A stretch of DNA of 64,000 nt from Chiloscyllium plagiosum (GCF_004010195.1 NC_057719.1:69626401-69690400); one strand, 5' to 3'; shown: positions 49,586 to 61,239, counted from the first letter of the stretch. Notes: generated by a model from the letters alone, not told the origin. Program-made: numbers and translations.

Positions 49586-50019
49586 TATACTGTACTATCT
49601 AAGGTAGACAAGGACTATTAGTGAACTTCTGCCACTGACTGGATACATGATCTACAACACTTTCTCATCATGGAGAATCAAGTGAGAAAGCTTAGCCCCA
49701 ACACAGCTGGTCTGACTCAAACAATAAGAGAACGTTTGAAGAAAAACAGAAATAGAATTAGACTCAGGAATGAGACCAACTTTTGAATAGAATAAACAGA
49801 AGTCATCCTTATCACTCTGGAAGAGTCTTGAAATGGTTTTTCTTGGTGTTTATGTCACCATTGTCAGCAATCATCCTATTGGAGCTGCCCTTGGCTAAAG
49901 GTAACATCAAAGGACTGTCTGTGGTTTTTAGTGAACATAAGATAGCTAAAGAGAATTAATAGCTGAAGCAGTACCTTACACAGAATCATGGCCTTTGTAC
50001 TCAGGATAACCAGATAAAA

Positions 50020-50190
50020 TAGGAGAAAGTGAGGACTGTAGATGCTGGAGATCAGAGTCAAAAGGTGCGGTGCTGAAAAAGCACAGCCGGTCAGGCAGCA
50101 TCCAAGGAGCAGGAAAATTGATGTTTCAAGCATAAGCCGTTCATCCGGAATGAGGCCTGACTGGCTGTGCTTTTCCAACATCGCACTTCT
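50020..50190 (-). mobile_element. Short PLE-terminus insertion with decayed hammerhead and partial inverted copy
   Basis: Reverse complement matches 57933-58060. Inverted piece at 50154-50186. TSD TAAC(C/A)AGATAAAA at 50007-50019 and 50191-50203. Confidence 0.8.
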
Positions 50191-51000
50191 TAACAAGATA
50201 AAAGAGTAAAGATGTCTCATTCAAATCACACAATAGGGTAGTAAGCTAATTTAAAATTTGCTATTTAATACAGAATAGCAGGGAAAAGCTCAACCCACCT
50301 TTGTGAAGATCCTCTAGGTGATCAGAATTATGTATACACACATACATATCCTTACAATAATAGTAGTAGTTTCAATTTGGAGTAATGTTAGTGTGTTAAA
50401 CATCAAGAATTTAATTAGATTCCTGTAGACATCAGTTCGAGGCGCAGAGACAGTCTTGATAACAAGATCCGTTAAAAAACTGAGACCAACTTTTGTTGGT
50501 TGAAATTTTGTGACTTAGTAAAGTATGGAAGGAAACACCTGATCCCAACATAATCAAGATGTTTTAAATAGTTACTGGCACATATTAAATAAACCGATAT
50601 GGGTATGATGAAATTATAAATGGAAGGGACAAATTAGTATCAGGAGATTTAAGGACAGGCAACCTTAGGCGGTAGTGAGAAATCCCAATCCTGTCAGAAG
50701 GAAGATTGAACACTGTCAGTATTAGAATGTGATTGAGTAAGATGCATTGTGAAAGCCGAAAGATAGGTGATAAGAATGTCTGGTAAATATCATGAGATCA
50801 TGGGAAGACCTAGGGTTGTCCATAAAGTTGTCCATCATTGACCATGCAGTCACAGTATTGGATTTTTTTTAAATTTCAAAATATACTTTATTCATAGAAA
50901 TAAATCTTTGGTACTTGTACAATTTGTCATGTCGTTCATAGATATATACATTGCATGTCTTAACCATTACAAAGAACAGATTGAATTAATCGAATTTACA

Positions 51001-51620
51001 NNNNNNNNNNNNNNNNNNNNNNNNNNNNNNNNNNNNNNNNNNNNNNNNNNNNNNNNNNNNNNNNNNNNNNNNNNNNNNNNNNNNNNNNNNNNNNNNNNNN
51101 NNNNNNNNNNNNNNNNNNNNNNNNNNNNNNNNNNNNNNNNNNNNNNNNNNNNNNNNNNNNNNNNNNNNNNNNNNNNNNNNNNNNNNNNNNNNNNNNNNNN
51201 NNNNNNNNNNNNNNNNNNNNNNNNNNNNNNNNNNNNNNNNNNNNNNNNNNNNNNNNNNNNNNNNNNNNNNNNNNNNNNNNNNNNNNNNNNNNNNNNNNNN
51301 NNNNNNNNNNNNNNNNNNNNNNNNNNNNNNNNNNNNNNNNNNNNNNNNNNNNNNNNNNNNNNNNNNNNNNNNNNNNNNNNNNNNNNNNNNNNNNNNNNNN
51401 NNNNNNNNNNNNNNNNNNNNNNNNNNNNNNNNNNNNNNNNNNNNNNNNNNNNNNNNNNNNNNNNNNNNNNNNNNNNNNNNNNNNNNNNNNNNNNNNNNNN
51501 NNNNNNNNNNNNNNNNNNNNNNNNNNNNNNNNNNNNNNNNNNNNNNNNNNNNNNNNNNNNNNNNNNNNNNNNNNNNNNNNNNNNNNNNNNNNNNNNNNNN
51601 NNNNNNNNNNNNNNNNNNNN
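51001..51620. other. Assembly gap (620 N) inside the Tx1 element
   Basis: Run of N. Confidence 1.
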
Positions 51621-52303
51621 AGGTTGCAGCTCTTTTCTTCCTGACAGTCCTTAGTCAGGTGACCCTCCTGTTTGCAGTTCCTGCAGATGGTCCCCTTGCA
51701 GTCCGCCGCCACGTGTCCCGACTTCCCGCAGGTTCAGCACACTTTCGGCTGCCCTGCATATGTCAGGTAGCCTCTGTTCCCTCCAATTGCAAAGCTCGAG
51801 GGTGGATGGAGAATGTTCCCATTGCCATCGACCCTCAGAGTCACCCTGACCTGCCGCTTACTGGTCCAGATCCCAAAGGGGTCGATCAAATCGGTGGCTT
51901 CTCCCTCAACTTGGACGTACCTTCCCAGGAAGGTCAGGACATCAGTCGCTGGAACATAGGGGTTGTACATATTGATTGTAACAACCCGATTCCTCTGTGC
52001 AGGGAGCACACACAATGGGGTTGCCAACAAGATGGAAAACAGCGGCTCCCCTTCCTTCTCCTTGAAGACCTTCAGGAGCTGTTTGCACTGCTTCACACTT
52101 CTGAAGGTCACATCAAAGTAGCCTGCCCCAGGGAAATCCTGCAGGCAGTACACATTTGCTGCAGCGAACCCACAGCATCCCAGCAGCACTTTCTTGATAA
52201 ACAGTATGCGGTCAAGCGGCATACGATCCTCTATCTTCTTCACAGTCACCCGGACGGTGTTACAAACCCCCTGCTTAGGGCTGCGGGCAGCTGTTGAGGC
52301 CAT
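51621..52303 (-). pseudogene. Tx1 ORF1 (ZCCHC3-like RNA-binding region plus CCHC knuckles), one in-frame stop, runs into the gap
   Basis: MASTAARSP...YCLQDFP..GYFDVTF...YNPYVP...WTSKRQV...GYLTYAGQPKVC*TCGKSGHVAADC...CRNCKQEGHLTKDC. The stop at 51734-51736 is probably CGA to TGA. Confidence 0.9.
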
Positions 52304-52461
52304 AGCTCTGAGGTTGGCTGGTCCCTGAATTGGTGTTAGGCCGAAGCCAGCACGAAGATCCACCAATAGCAGGCCAGCACAACCAAATGATCCTCCAACG
52401 CCCAATCACGATCCAGCGATGAGCTCCACCAGCTCCGACGACCCGCAACTCGACCCCTGTC

Positions 52462-52501
52462 CTGATAAGAACAGACACTTGATCTTAGCCAAAAGGCCGA
52501 G
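52462..52501 (-). pseudogene. U2 snRNA 5' fragment (about nt 8-52) with a 5-nt deletion
   Basis: Minus strand CTCGGCCTTTTGGCTAAGATCAAGTGT-----CTGTTCTTATCAG versus vertebrate U2 CTCGGCCTTTTGGCTAAGATCAAGTGTAGTATCTGTTCTTATCAG. Confidence 0.95.
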
Positions 52502-52879
52502 CAGTCACAGTATTGGATATGTATGTCAGAAAGGAGGTAGCAAGCACTGATGTCAATGTCACATGTAATCATCATGATCCAGGGTGTATAAATATACTGC
52601 ACTTGATTGTGAGAGTGACAATGTCTTGAAGTCTGTCTCCAGTGACCTCTCCTACACTCTGAATAAAGACTGAATCATATCATTGAACATGGGACTCCAG
52701 ATTCCTCTTTAAAATCTCTCACCAACACAACCCAGTGTCAGCATTTTGTGTATGCAAAATAATTTCAGAATCAGAGCATTATTTGGAACAATCCATGATG
52801 TCTCTTTTTTGATGAGCTTAATTAATAATTGGCTAAAGGATTTAACATTTAATAGTTGCAGAATTTTCATTTTCTTTGT

Positions 52880-53170
52880 TTCTCTCAGAGTCAAGTGTGT
52901 GTGGGTCTGTTATTTTTTGAAAGGGTATACATGCATATATATTTGCATAATTAATTATCAATAATCTGTGCATTTTTGTTCTAAGTTTTCTTTGCTCATT
53001 AACCAATTATTTGTCATTGACTAAAGAAACTTGACTAATTTATTTCTAATGCTGAATCTGACAGTGTGAAAGGCCATATCATGAACTTGATTAAAATAAA
53101 AAACTTGTGGTGACCAGTGGAGGGGTGGGACAAGAAAGAAAAACAGACACCCTCTAACCTCAATCTTATC
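52880..53170 (+). repeat. LTR-like remnant related to 61650-61928
   Basis: Shares GGCCATATCATGAACTTG (53072-53089 and 61828-61845) and the downstream AGTGGAGG.GTGGGA. Confidence 0.5.
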
Positions 53171-53639
53171 ACCATTATGGTTGTGCATGCATTGCCCACA
53201 GAATGAGAAACAGTCTTTAAGTAGGCATAAACTGGTAAAGAGAACTGCCATATTTTACATCAAGAGCTTTCATAGAATCAGAAGAGAGGAACGCAACCAT
53301 AGAAAAGAAAGTGGTAGAAATTGTCTGGGAAGTGAAAAGTGCCCAGGCTATATCATGGGACAAATATTGCAGCTCAGGATGGACCCGTAGCCTTTAATAA
53401 TATACAACTATACCATAGTCTATGTTCCAGTAAGACTCAAGGAACAGTGGATATATTCTGGAGAGGAGCAGTGGAACAAATAGAAAAGGAGGATCCTATT
53501 CTTGTTGAAGATGAGTCCTATTCTATGGCAATAACCAACATTTGGATCGTGACTGAGACAAAACTCAGATAAATTTGTACAGCTCTAAGATCTGACAAGC
53601 AAAGCACAAAAGTCAGACAACTCTGTCTGCAAAAGTGAT

Positions 53640-54520
53640 TGAAATAAAGTTTAATACATCAATTGCTGGAAAGCTGCCATGAGTTAAAAGAACCCTGGAC
53701 AATAGTGAAATAGTGTATGATCATAAAATGGTTGTAATTATGTTGTTGAAAAGAGAAATGCTGCAGAAACTCCATGGGGACATCCAGGTATCACAAAATA
53801 CAGAAAAGATCTGTGTGGTCACCAGGTATTTAAAAAAAAATATATAGCTCGACACTTCATTGTGCCACATGTGTGCCATACATAGCCATTTGAAAGGAAA
53901 TGTTTGATTTTAGAGGGAAGATGTATTTATTTGTAGTCAACTGATATTGAGGATGGATTGAACTGACAAGATTTCATTCAACTGCAGTAAATTTAGTAAT
54001 AAGAATGCTGTGAAGCATTTTTACAATACTGAGTTTCCATATAGAATTATTTTCAGACAATGGACCTCATTTCCCAAATGAGAATTTCAGAAAGTTCACT
54101 TTGAAGGCAAGCACTAACCAGAAGCAAGTTCTTTGCTCCATTCTAACTTGATCAGGGTGACAGAGCAGTCAAAACTGTGAAGTTATTGATGCATAAGAAT
54201 CCAGTTTGGGAATTAGATTTACAGTTATAAAGCATCACCATTGAATAATGGGTCATGGCTAGTAGAATTGATATTTGGAAGGAAGCTAAAAATGATGTAC
54301 TGGTTTTATACTCCATTGTAACCTTTCAAGACCACAAGAAGGTAAAACAAATGGGGAAAAGACTGCAAAATATGCAGCGAAGGTGTGGTAAATACTAAAC
54401 AAAGGGTAAAATCTCTGTCAACTTTATATTCAGAACAGAAAATCTTACTAAGGGATAGGAAGTCAAAAGCTACAGTCATTGGAGAAATGGATTAATCATG
54501 ATCTTATATGGAATATCAGA
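53640..54520 (+). mobile_element. Old Gypsy integrase remnant
   Basis: REMLQKLH.GHPGITK..SVWSPGI, SDNGPHF and SYKASPLNNG...ELIFGRKLK in collinear order with frameshifts. Confidence 0.75.
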
Positions 54521-54987
54521 ATACCAGAAGGGTATTTCTGCAGTAAAGAACATGGATTAAGAGGCGATGTTGTCTCTCCAGTGCCAAGGTTCAGGATATC
54601 TGCTCTGGACTGGAGAAGAAGTTGCACTGGGAGGGGAGAGCATCAAGTTGGCATGGTCCACATAGGCACCAATGATATAGGTGGAAGTAGGAAAGTGGTT
54701 CTGCTGAGTGAGTATATGGAGCTAGGCATCAAAGTAAGAAGCAGAGCCGCAAAGAAAATAGTCTCTGGATTATTACTTGACCCATATGCAAATTGGCATA
54801 GGATAAACAAGGTTGGTGAGATGAATGCATGGTTAAAAGACTGGTGTGAGAGAAGTGGGTTCTGGTTCATGGGGCCCTGGCACTAATACTGGGAAATATG
54901 GGCTCAGTCTACACCAGAGCTGTACTGGGACCAGGTATTCTTGTGAACCATATAACTAGGGAAGGAGAGCAGATTTTAAACTAAATA

Positions 54988-55214
54988 CTGGTAGTTCTTC
55001 TATAATGCAATGGTTGAGTTCTTGTGCAACTTGACATTATAGAAAAATTGTGCTTTTTCTACAAATAGTGCTTAAAGTGTTGGCAATATAATTGTGTTAT
55101 TGCCAACACATGTTTTAAAAATCATGCTTTAGAAACAGTGTCGGCAATTCATCAACCATGTTACAGCAAATTAGCGTTAACAAAACATGCGTTACAGCAG
55201 AATGCCCAAACCTG
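54988..55214. mobile_element. Probable Tigger/Tc1-like MITE
   Basis: Starts after TA. Imperfect terminal inverted repeats GTTCTTCTATAATGC and GCGTTACAGCAGAAT. Interrupts CR1 just after the ORF1 stop. Confidence 0.45.
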
Positions 55215-55947
55215 GTAGTGAATCAAAGAGTGGGAAAATGCAAAAGAATTAATGGGAGAAATAATAAATAAACAATGACAAGATGGAAAAGAATGCTAAT
55301 CTAAGTACAAATTGACAGTTATGACTAAGATTCTAAAATTAATCCAAGGAAAATCTGAAGGCATTGTATGTGTATGCATGGAGCACTCAAAACAAAACAG
55401 GTGAACAAGGAATACAAATTAAGGTAATAAGTAGGATCTCGTGGCCAGAACGGAGATCTAAACTGGATCTTGAACATTGCAGAGTATGTGACATTTAGCA
55501 AGGGGAGGAATCTGGGAAAGGACAAAGGAGGGGCTCTATTATTTAAAGATGATAGGCGCAATAGAGAAGAATAATTCAGGAAGCCACGAAATCAAAACAG
55601 TCTGGGTAGAGATGAGGAACGATAAATGTGAGAGAAGAAAGGAAGAAATAATAGCCGCTTGTCAAAAATACGCAATTATCATGGTAGATTTTAACCTAGA
55701 TATGGACTGGAAAAATCAGATGAGATAAAGTAGCTTAGGAAAGAAATTCATTGAACATTTTCAAAACAATTTCTTAGACCAACAGGTTATGGCACCAATC
55801 ATAACACAGGCTAGACATGGTTTTGACCAATTAGATGGGATTAATTCCCAATGGATGTGCCCCTGGGTAGCAGTGACCATATTATGATTGAAATTTACAT
55901 ACAGTTTTAGGGGGACAAATGTGAGTCCAAGACTACAATGTTGAATT

Positions 55948-56245
55948 TAGATTAAATTCCCTACAGTGTGGAAACAGGCCCTTCGGCCCAACAAGTCCAC
56001 ACCAACCCTCCGAAGAGTAACTCACCCCACTCTGACTAATTCACCTAACAACTATGGACAATTTAGCATGGCCAATTCACCTGACCTGCACATCTTTGGA
56101 ATGTGGGAGGAAACCGGAGCACCCGGAGGAAACCCACGCGGACACGAGAAGAACGTGCAAACTTCACACAGACAGTCGCTCAAGGCTGGAATCGAACCTG
56201 GGACCCTAGCGCTGTGAGGCAGCAGTGTTAACCACTGAGCCATCG
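55948..56245 (-). mobile_element. HE1-type SINE, well preserved
   Basis: Reverse complement: GGCTCAGTGGTTAACACTGCTGCCTCACAGCG...GGTTCGATTCC (B box), V-domain, tail GTTTCCACACTGTAGGGAATTTAATCTA. Confidence 0.93.
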
Positions 56246-56545
56246 AATTAGGCGATATAGATTGAAAATATGGAAGCACCCATTTAAAACAGAGATGAGG
56301 TAACTTATTTTCTTTCAGTTGGTTTTGAATCCCTTCTTTAAAAATCAGTAGATGCAGAATCCTTAAACATGTTTAAGGCAGAGATGGGTAGATTTTTGAT
56401 TACCAAGGGGATGAAAGATTATTGGAATATACAATAATGTAGAATAGGGGTTAAAATCAGATCTGCTGTGATCTTATTGAATGGTAGAGCATGCTCAGAG
56501 GACCAAGTGGACTACTCTTGTTCCTTAGTTTGTATGTTCATCTGG

Positions 56546-57160
56546 GACATTAAGGAGGAAGAATGAGGCCAAGTAGAGACAAACATAACCAACAGATAAT
56601 GCACAGTGTTAAAACACCATCACCTTAACGTTGAATAGAAATGAACCAGATCAGGACTTGCAGTCAAAGTTCCTAATAATCTCAATTTGTAAGATTCAGA
56701 CTTTGAAGTCCATAGGTATTCGGATTGAGTAATAATGTTGACAATAATAATAATTGTGACAATGATGTTAATAACAGTGTTAATGATTAGAAAGACTATG
56801 CAAGTAAGTAAAACTAAACGACTGAAATAATGTAGACAAAGTAGAGGTAGAGGGAAACTTCGGAGGAGATGTAGCATAATGGCATATATGGAAATTATGA
56901 TGATGATGTGACTGATGACAAGACCAATATGTTAGGATACATCAGGCTAGAATGAACTTTTAAACAAATAGATCTTAGTACACTTGACAGCTGTATTTCA
57001 TAACTTGCAATGTACAATTGTAAATAAAGGAGTGTAACTCCACATCAGAAATGGTAGAGCCTTACTTAGAGATAAGGAACAGGCAGCCTCAGGGACAGTG
57101 TATGTGCAGACACTCAGTCCACAGTTTCTCCAGACTGTTACTCAATGTGCAAGTAGCAGT
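56546..57160 (+). mobile_element. Probable continuation of the Gypsy relic: pol C-terminus, polypurine tract and start of 3' LTR
   Basis: TRSGLAVKVPNNLNL* (56645-56692) resembles a Gypsy pol end. GGAGGAGA is followed by TG at 56870, and AATAAA occurs near 57023. The LTR end is uncertain. Confidence 0.5.
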
Positions 57161-57751
57161 GCTGTATTTAAGCACAAGATAAACCAATCATCAGCCTTTG
57201 CCCTAGCCTCAGCATATTCATGCCTTTTTAATATCCAGACCTGCTGATACCAATGCTATTCTGGCTGACATCCCATTCCCAGCCTCTGTGAAACACCTTA
57301 AGTCATTTTTCTATGTTAAAGATACTATATGTGGTCATTTTTGTTGTTTCCACTGCTACCTTCAGGGCTTTTAATTAATTCTATTTAGAGTTTCCATGTG
57401 TGTGCCAATGTTTGGACATATTAGTCAATTTTGGCACTGGACTTCATTCCACTTCTATAAAAAATAGCAAATTCATATAGCAGATTGTATGATGACCTAT
57501 TGCCTGTTACCATGTTCTTTCACTACTAATTCCAGCTTTGCTGTCAGATAAGAACAAAACCTATACATCAACCTGACAGTCTACAAACAGGGCCTGTAGG
57601 GCTGAATTTAAATCTCAGGTGAGAAAGGTAATTGCTACATCACTCTTCCGATACTTGTGATTTTTTTTAAGAAAGACAATTATATTTTAAATGTTACGCC
57701 ATCAACAAAATCCATCAGGGTCAAGTCTTAAGCATATATAAATGAGACCTT

Positions 57752-58277
57752 GTAGAATTTTATAAAATCATGAGGGGCATGTATATGGTAAATAGACAAG
57801 GTCATTTTCCTGGGGTGGAGTAAGTCTAGAACTAGAGGGTATAGGTTTAGGATAAGAGGGGAAAGATTGAAAAGAGATTTATGGGGCAACATTATCCATG
57901 CAGAAGATGGTGTGTGTATGAAATGAGTTCTATTCCTGATGAAGGGCTTTTGCCTGAAATGTCAATTTTCCTGCTCCTCAGATGCTGCCTGAACTGCTGT
58001 GCTTTTCCAGCACCACTCTAATCCAGAATCTGGTTTTCAGCATCTGCAGTCATTGTTCTTACCTATGGAATGAGCTGCCAGAGGAGGTGGTGGACGCTGG
58101 TACAATTACAACATTTAAAAGGCATCAGGATGGGTACATGAATAGGAAGGGTTTAAGAGGGATTTGGGCCAAGTGGTGGCAAATGGGACTTGATTAGGTT
58201 AGGATATCTGGTTGGCATGGACAAGTTGGACTGAAGGGTCTGTTTCTGTGGTGTACATCTCTCTGACTCTATGACTA
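57752..58277 (+). mobile_element. CR1 3' end interrupted by a short PLE insertion
   Basis: YKIMRG...WNELPEEVVDAGTITTFKRH.DGYMNRKG, and tail CTCTGACTCTATGACT. Confidence 0.93.
57928..58063 (+). mobile_element. Short PLE-terminus insertion with hammerhead motif (57933-57966) and 11-bp TSD
   Basis: CTGATGA-A-GGGC-TTTT-GCCT-GAAA-TG-TC. TSD TATG(A/G)AATGAG at 57917-57927 and 58064-58074. Confidence 0.85.
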
Positions 58278-58702
58278 AGTATTGTAACAAATTAAGATAG
58301 AATTAATTAAACATCTCTTTAGAATTCTGAAATGTAACAAGATATCTGGTGCAGTTTGTAAGTGGTCACCATTCTGAACTATTCTGCCTTATTGGAACTG
58401 TGACAACAAAGCAGTCTCTTCTGTTTCAATGTAGAAATTGGTAAGAGATACATATCTGAGACATCAGAACACATATTTTCATCTTATGCATGCTGATTGA
58501 TTATAGAATCATAGAATACTAGGATTATTACCCGACAGAAGACCATTTGATCCATTACTTCCATGCTGACCTAAGGAGAAATTGACATAATGCCACTCCT
58601 CACACACCTTTCATATTTTCCTCTTCTGATTTATGGAAAGTTTGGAAAAATGTTTGGCACAGAAGGAAATATTGCCAGCTGACCAACGAGCCATCCAACC
58701 AA

Positions 58703-59258
58703 ATAGTTAGTGAGGCCTCTTTTAGAGCACTGTGAGTAGTGCTGGTCACCCTATTATAGGAAGGATATTATTAAGCTGGTTAGAGTTCAGAAAAGATTTA
58801 CCAGGATGTTGCTGGGAATGGGAAATTTGATATATAAAAATAGATTGGAAAGACTGGGCCTTTTTTCACTGGATCATAGGAGATTGAGGAATGATCTTTT
58901 CAGGTTTCTAAAATCATGAGGGGCATAGATTAGGTGAATGACAAGGGTCTTTTCCTAGGGTGAGGGAATTCAAAACTAGGGGGCATATTTTTAAGGTGAG
59001 AGGAAAAAGATTTATAAAGGACATGAGGGAAATTTATTCATACACAGAGTGCTTTGTGTGTGGAATGAATGTCCAGAGGAAGTAGGGGGTAGGTACAATT
59101 ACTACTTTTAAAAGACATTTGAATAAGTACGTGAATAGGAAAGGATTGGAGGGATATAGGCCAAGTGTAGGCAGATGGGACTAGTTTAGGTTGGGTACAT
59201 GGTTGGCATGGACTGGTTGGACCAAAGTGTCCTTTTCCATACTGTATGACTGTATGAC
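58703..59258 (+). mobile_element. CR1 3' fragment
   Basis: LVRPLLEHC..CWSPYYRKDIIKL.RVQKRFTRML, and tail TGTATGACTGTATGACT. Confidence 0.92.
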
Positions 59259-59259
59259 T

Positions 59260-60060
59260 TGGTCCATCTCTTGGGCGGTTACTGGATTTCAGGTGCATAA
59301 CCAAACACTGTTTACATGAGTTGAGGGTTTTTACCTCTACTAGTGTTTCATGCAGTGAATTCCAAATCCCTATCCCTCTCTGGGTGAAAATAATTTTCCT
59401 CATCTTCTAACTAATCATGTTACCAATCATTTTGAACTCATGTCCTTAAGTGAACTGACTCCTCTGCTATTCAGATTATGTCCATCCTGCCTACGCTGTT
59501 CAGGTCACTCACAACCTTGTATGTTACTGTCCCAGCCATATCTCTCAGCCACACAGTCAATGGGGCTCCCGAAACTCCATCTCCACCATGGAACTGATTG
59601 GGAAGCCAGCCAGGATAGAGATATCAAATCCAAATAAAACAACAGCAGTCTCTCCAATATTTCCACATAGCTGCAATTTTCCAGATTCCAAAATTCTGAT
59701 AAATCTTCTCAGTGCCTTGTCCAGTACAATTGCATCCTTTTTAAAATGACGTAACCAAACGTCATGCAGTACTCAAATTATTGCCCAATTAATGTTTTAT
59801 ATAGCTCCAGCATAACCTCTCTGCCCTTATATTCTTTGACTAATAAAAGAAAGTATTCCATTTGCTTTCTTAATCACATTACTTATCTGTCCTAATACAT
59901 TCTGTGGACATCCACTTCAAGGTCCCTCACTTACTCTACAATTTGCAGTATTCTCTTATTTTTAGTGAATTTCTTTGCTTGTTTGCTTTCCATAAATCCA
60001 TCACCTCACACTTCTCCTCCTCAAATTCAGTTTGCCACTGTTCTGTCCACCTGACTAGTT
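59260..60060 (-). mobile_element. Old CR1 fragment
   Basis: RKIIFTQRGIGIWNSL on the minus strand, and upstream remnants resembling YCMTFG and L..ISRWTE.WQ..F. Confidence 0.7.
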
Positions 60061-60080
60061 GAATGATACCTGGTTGGAGT

Positions 60081-60430
60081 TGTTAAGGACCAGGCCAGAC
60101 CCCCTCAAAATATTTGAAGGCAGACGTGAAGTGGATGTTTCAGGTGTGATGCAGCTGGTCAAACCACTGGGCTTTAAGCAAAACAGAATTTATTTAAACA
60201 CTACAGTTGAAAAACAAACAAAGAAGATGGAATTTAGAATAATTTAACTATTGGAAGATTTAACCGACCCGATACAGCAACTTAACTAAGGAAGTGTTCT
60301 AATCTGGTAACATCCCATGAACACACCCCTTGGCAAAAAAAGTAAATTGAAACACAGTTTCCTATAGGTGGTATAGGTGGGAGGGAACAACATCCAAAGA
60401 GATTTCAGAGAGAAAGTCAATCAGAAATCA
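60081..60430 (-). repeat. Possible LTR fragment
   Basis: Begins TGTTAAGGACCAGG (LTR-end-like) and has a reverse AATAAA at about 60189. Confidence 0.35.
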
Positions 60431-60724
60431 TCTGCTCCGATTATTTACCTCTATCCTGCCTGGCTTCCCAGTCTGTCCCCTGATGGAGATGGAGTTTGGG
60501 GAGCAAATTAATGAAATGAAACATGCAGTTGATAAACAAACAATAATCCCCTTTATCAAGCAGCCGAGCAAGAATATTGCATCAATGCCTGAAACTTAGT
60601 TAAAAGATGCAGCAAGTTGCTCCCAATGCCTCACTGGACTTCTCTCATGATTCTGCCACATTTCTTGCCATAGTCCACCATTCAGGTCTGTATAATACTT
60701 GCTCTTAATGTGTTATTTGACTTT

Positions 60725-60830
60725 TTTGTTTCCTATGTTTAATAGTAGGTACATTTCAAAAGACATTTCATTAGTTGTAAAGTGCTTTGGAATGAAAGGT
60801 GCTGTTAAAAAACACAAGTATTTCCTTCTT
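60725..60830 (+). mobile_element. DeuSINE/L2-type tail remnant
   Basis: TTTCCTA...TACATTTCAAAAG...TTCATTAGTTGTAAAGTGCTTTGG...TGAAAGGTGCT, similar to 44745-44845. Confidence 0.55.
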
Positions 60831-61239
60831 TATTTAAGTAACTTCAGTAAAAGATTTTGTTAGTCCATACTTGGCGATTCTATTTCACAAAGGAAGCTTG
60901 GGATTATGTATGAATGAATGTGAGCTTTGTGAAGCATTGGAATGGTCAGACCTTTGCAGAAAAATTGTCCCTACCTTAATAGTGTCGATATCGAAAGAGG
61001 GTATAGTTTTCAATAACTAGAGATGAAATGTGTGATCAGGATCAAGAACAAAAATAAGCATCTCACAGGTTTTAATGATGGTTGAGATCCTCAAAGTGTT
61101 TGTGTAGTGCTATGAAGAGATGTGATCTTTTTTAAAAAAAATATGTGGATGCAGAAATTTATTTAGAACTTTTTTAAAAAAAAACATTTTGCTAAGGAAA
61201 AGGCATTGGATACAACATCAATAATGTTTCACCTACGAG

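Larger units (their letters stand above)
50864..52501 (-). mobile_element. Tx1-clade (Keno-like) LINE insertion with U2 snRNA-derived head, poly(A) end and 18-bp TSD
   Basis: TSD GCAGTCACAGTATTGGAT at 50846-50863 and 52501-52518. 3' end AATAAA...A8. ORF1 with zinc knuckles. U2 sequence at the 5' end. Confidence 0.92.
54545..56545 (+). mobile_element. Old internally deleted CR1 (ORF1 esterase, endonuclease, 3' end) inserted in the Gypsy relic
   Basis: VHIGTNDIG...MNAWLKDWCERSGFWFMGPW; endonuclease motifs IIMVDFN and PLGSSDH; CR1 3' UTR at 56290-56540. Confidence 0.82.

Noticed and set aside
50908..51712. Long ORFs of 248 aa and 238 aa
   Set aside because: They are artefacts of translating through the 620-N gap.
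51659..52297. 212-aa plus-strand ORF
   Set aside because: Antisense shadow of the GC-richer Tx1 ORF1.
51621..52303. Host ZCCHC3-like gene
   Set aside because: The in-frame stop, poly(A) end and TSD show a retrotransposon ORF1, not a domesticated gene.
52462..52501. Functional U2 snRNA gene
   Set aside because: Only 40 nt, lacking the 5' end, branch-pairing bases, Sm site and 3' stems.
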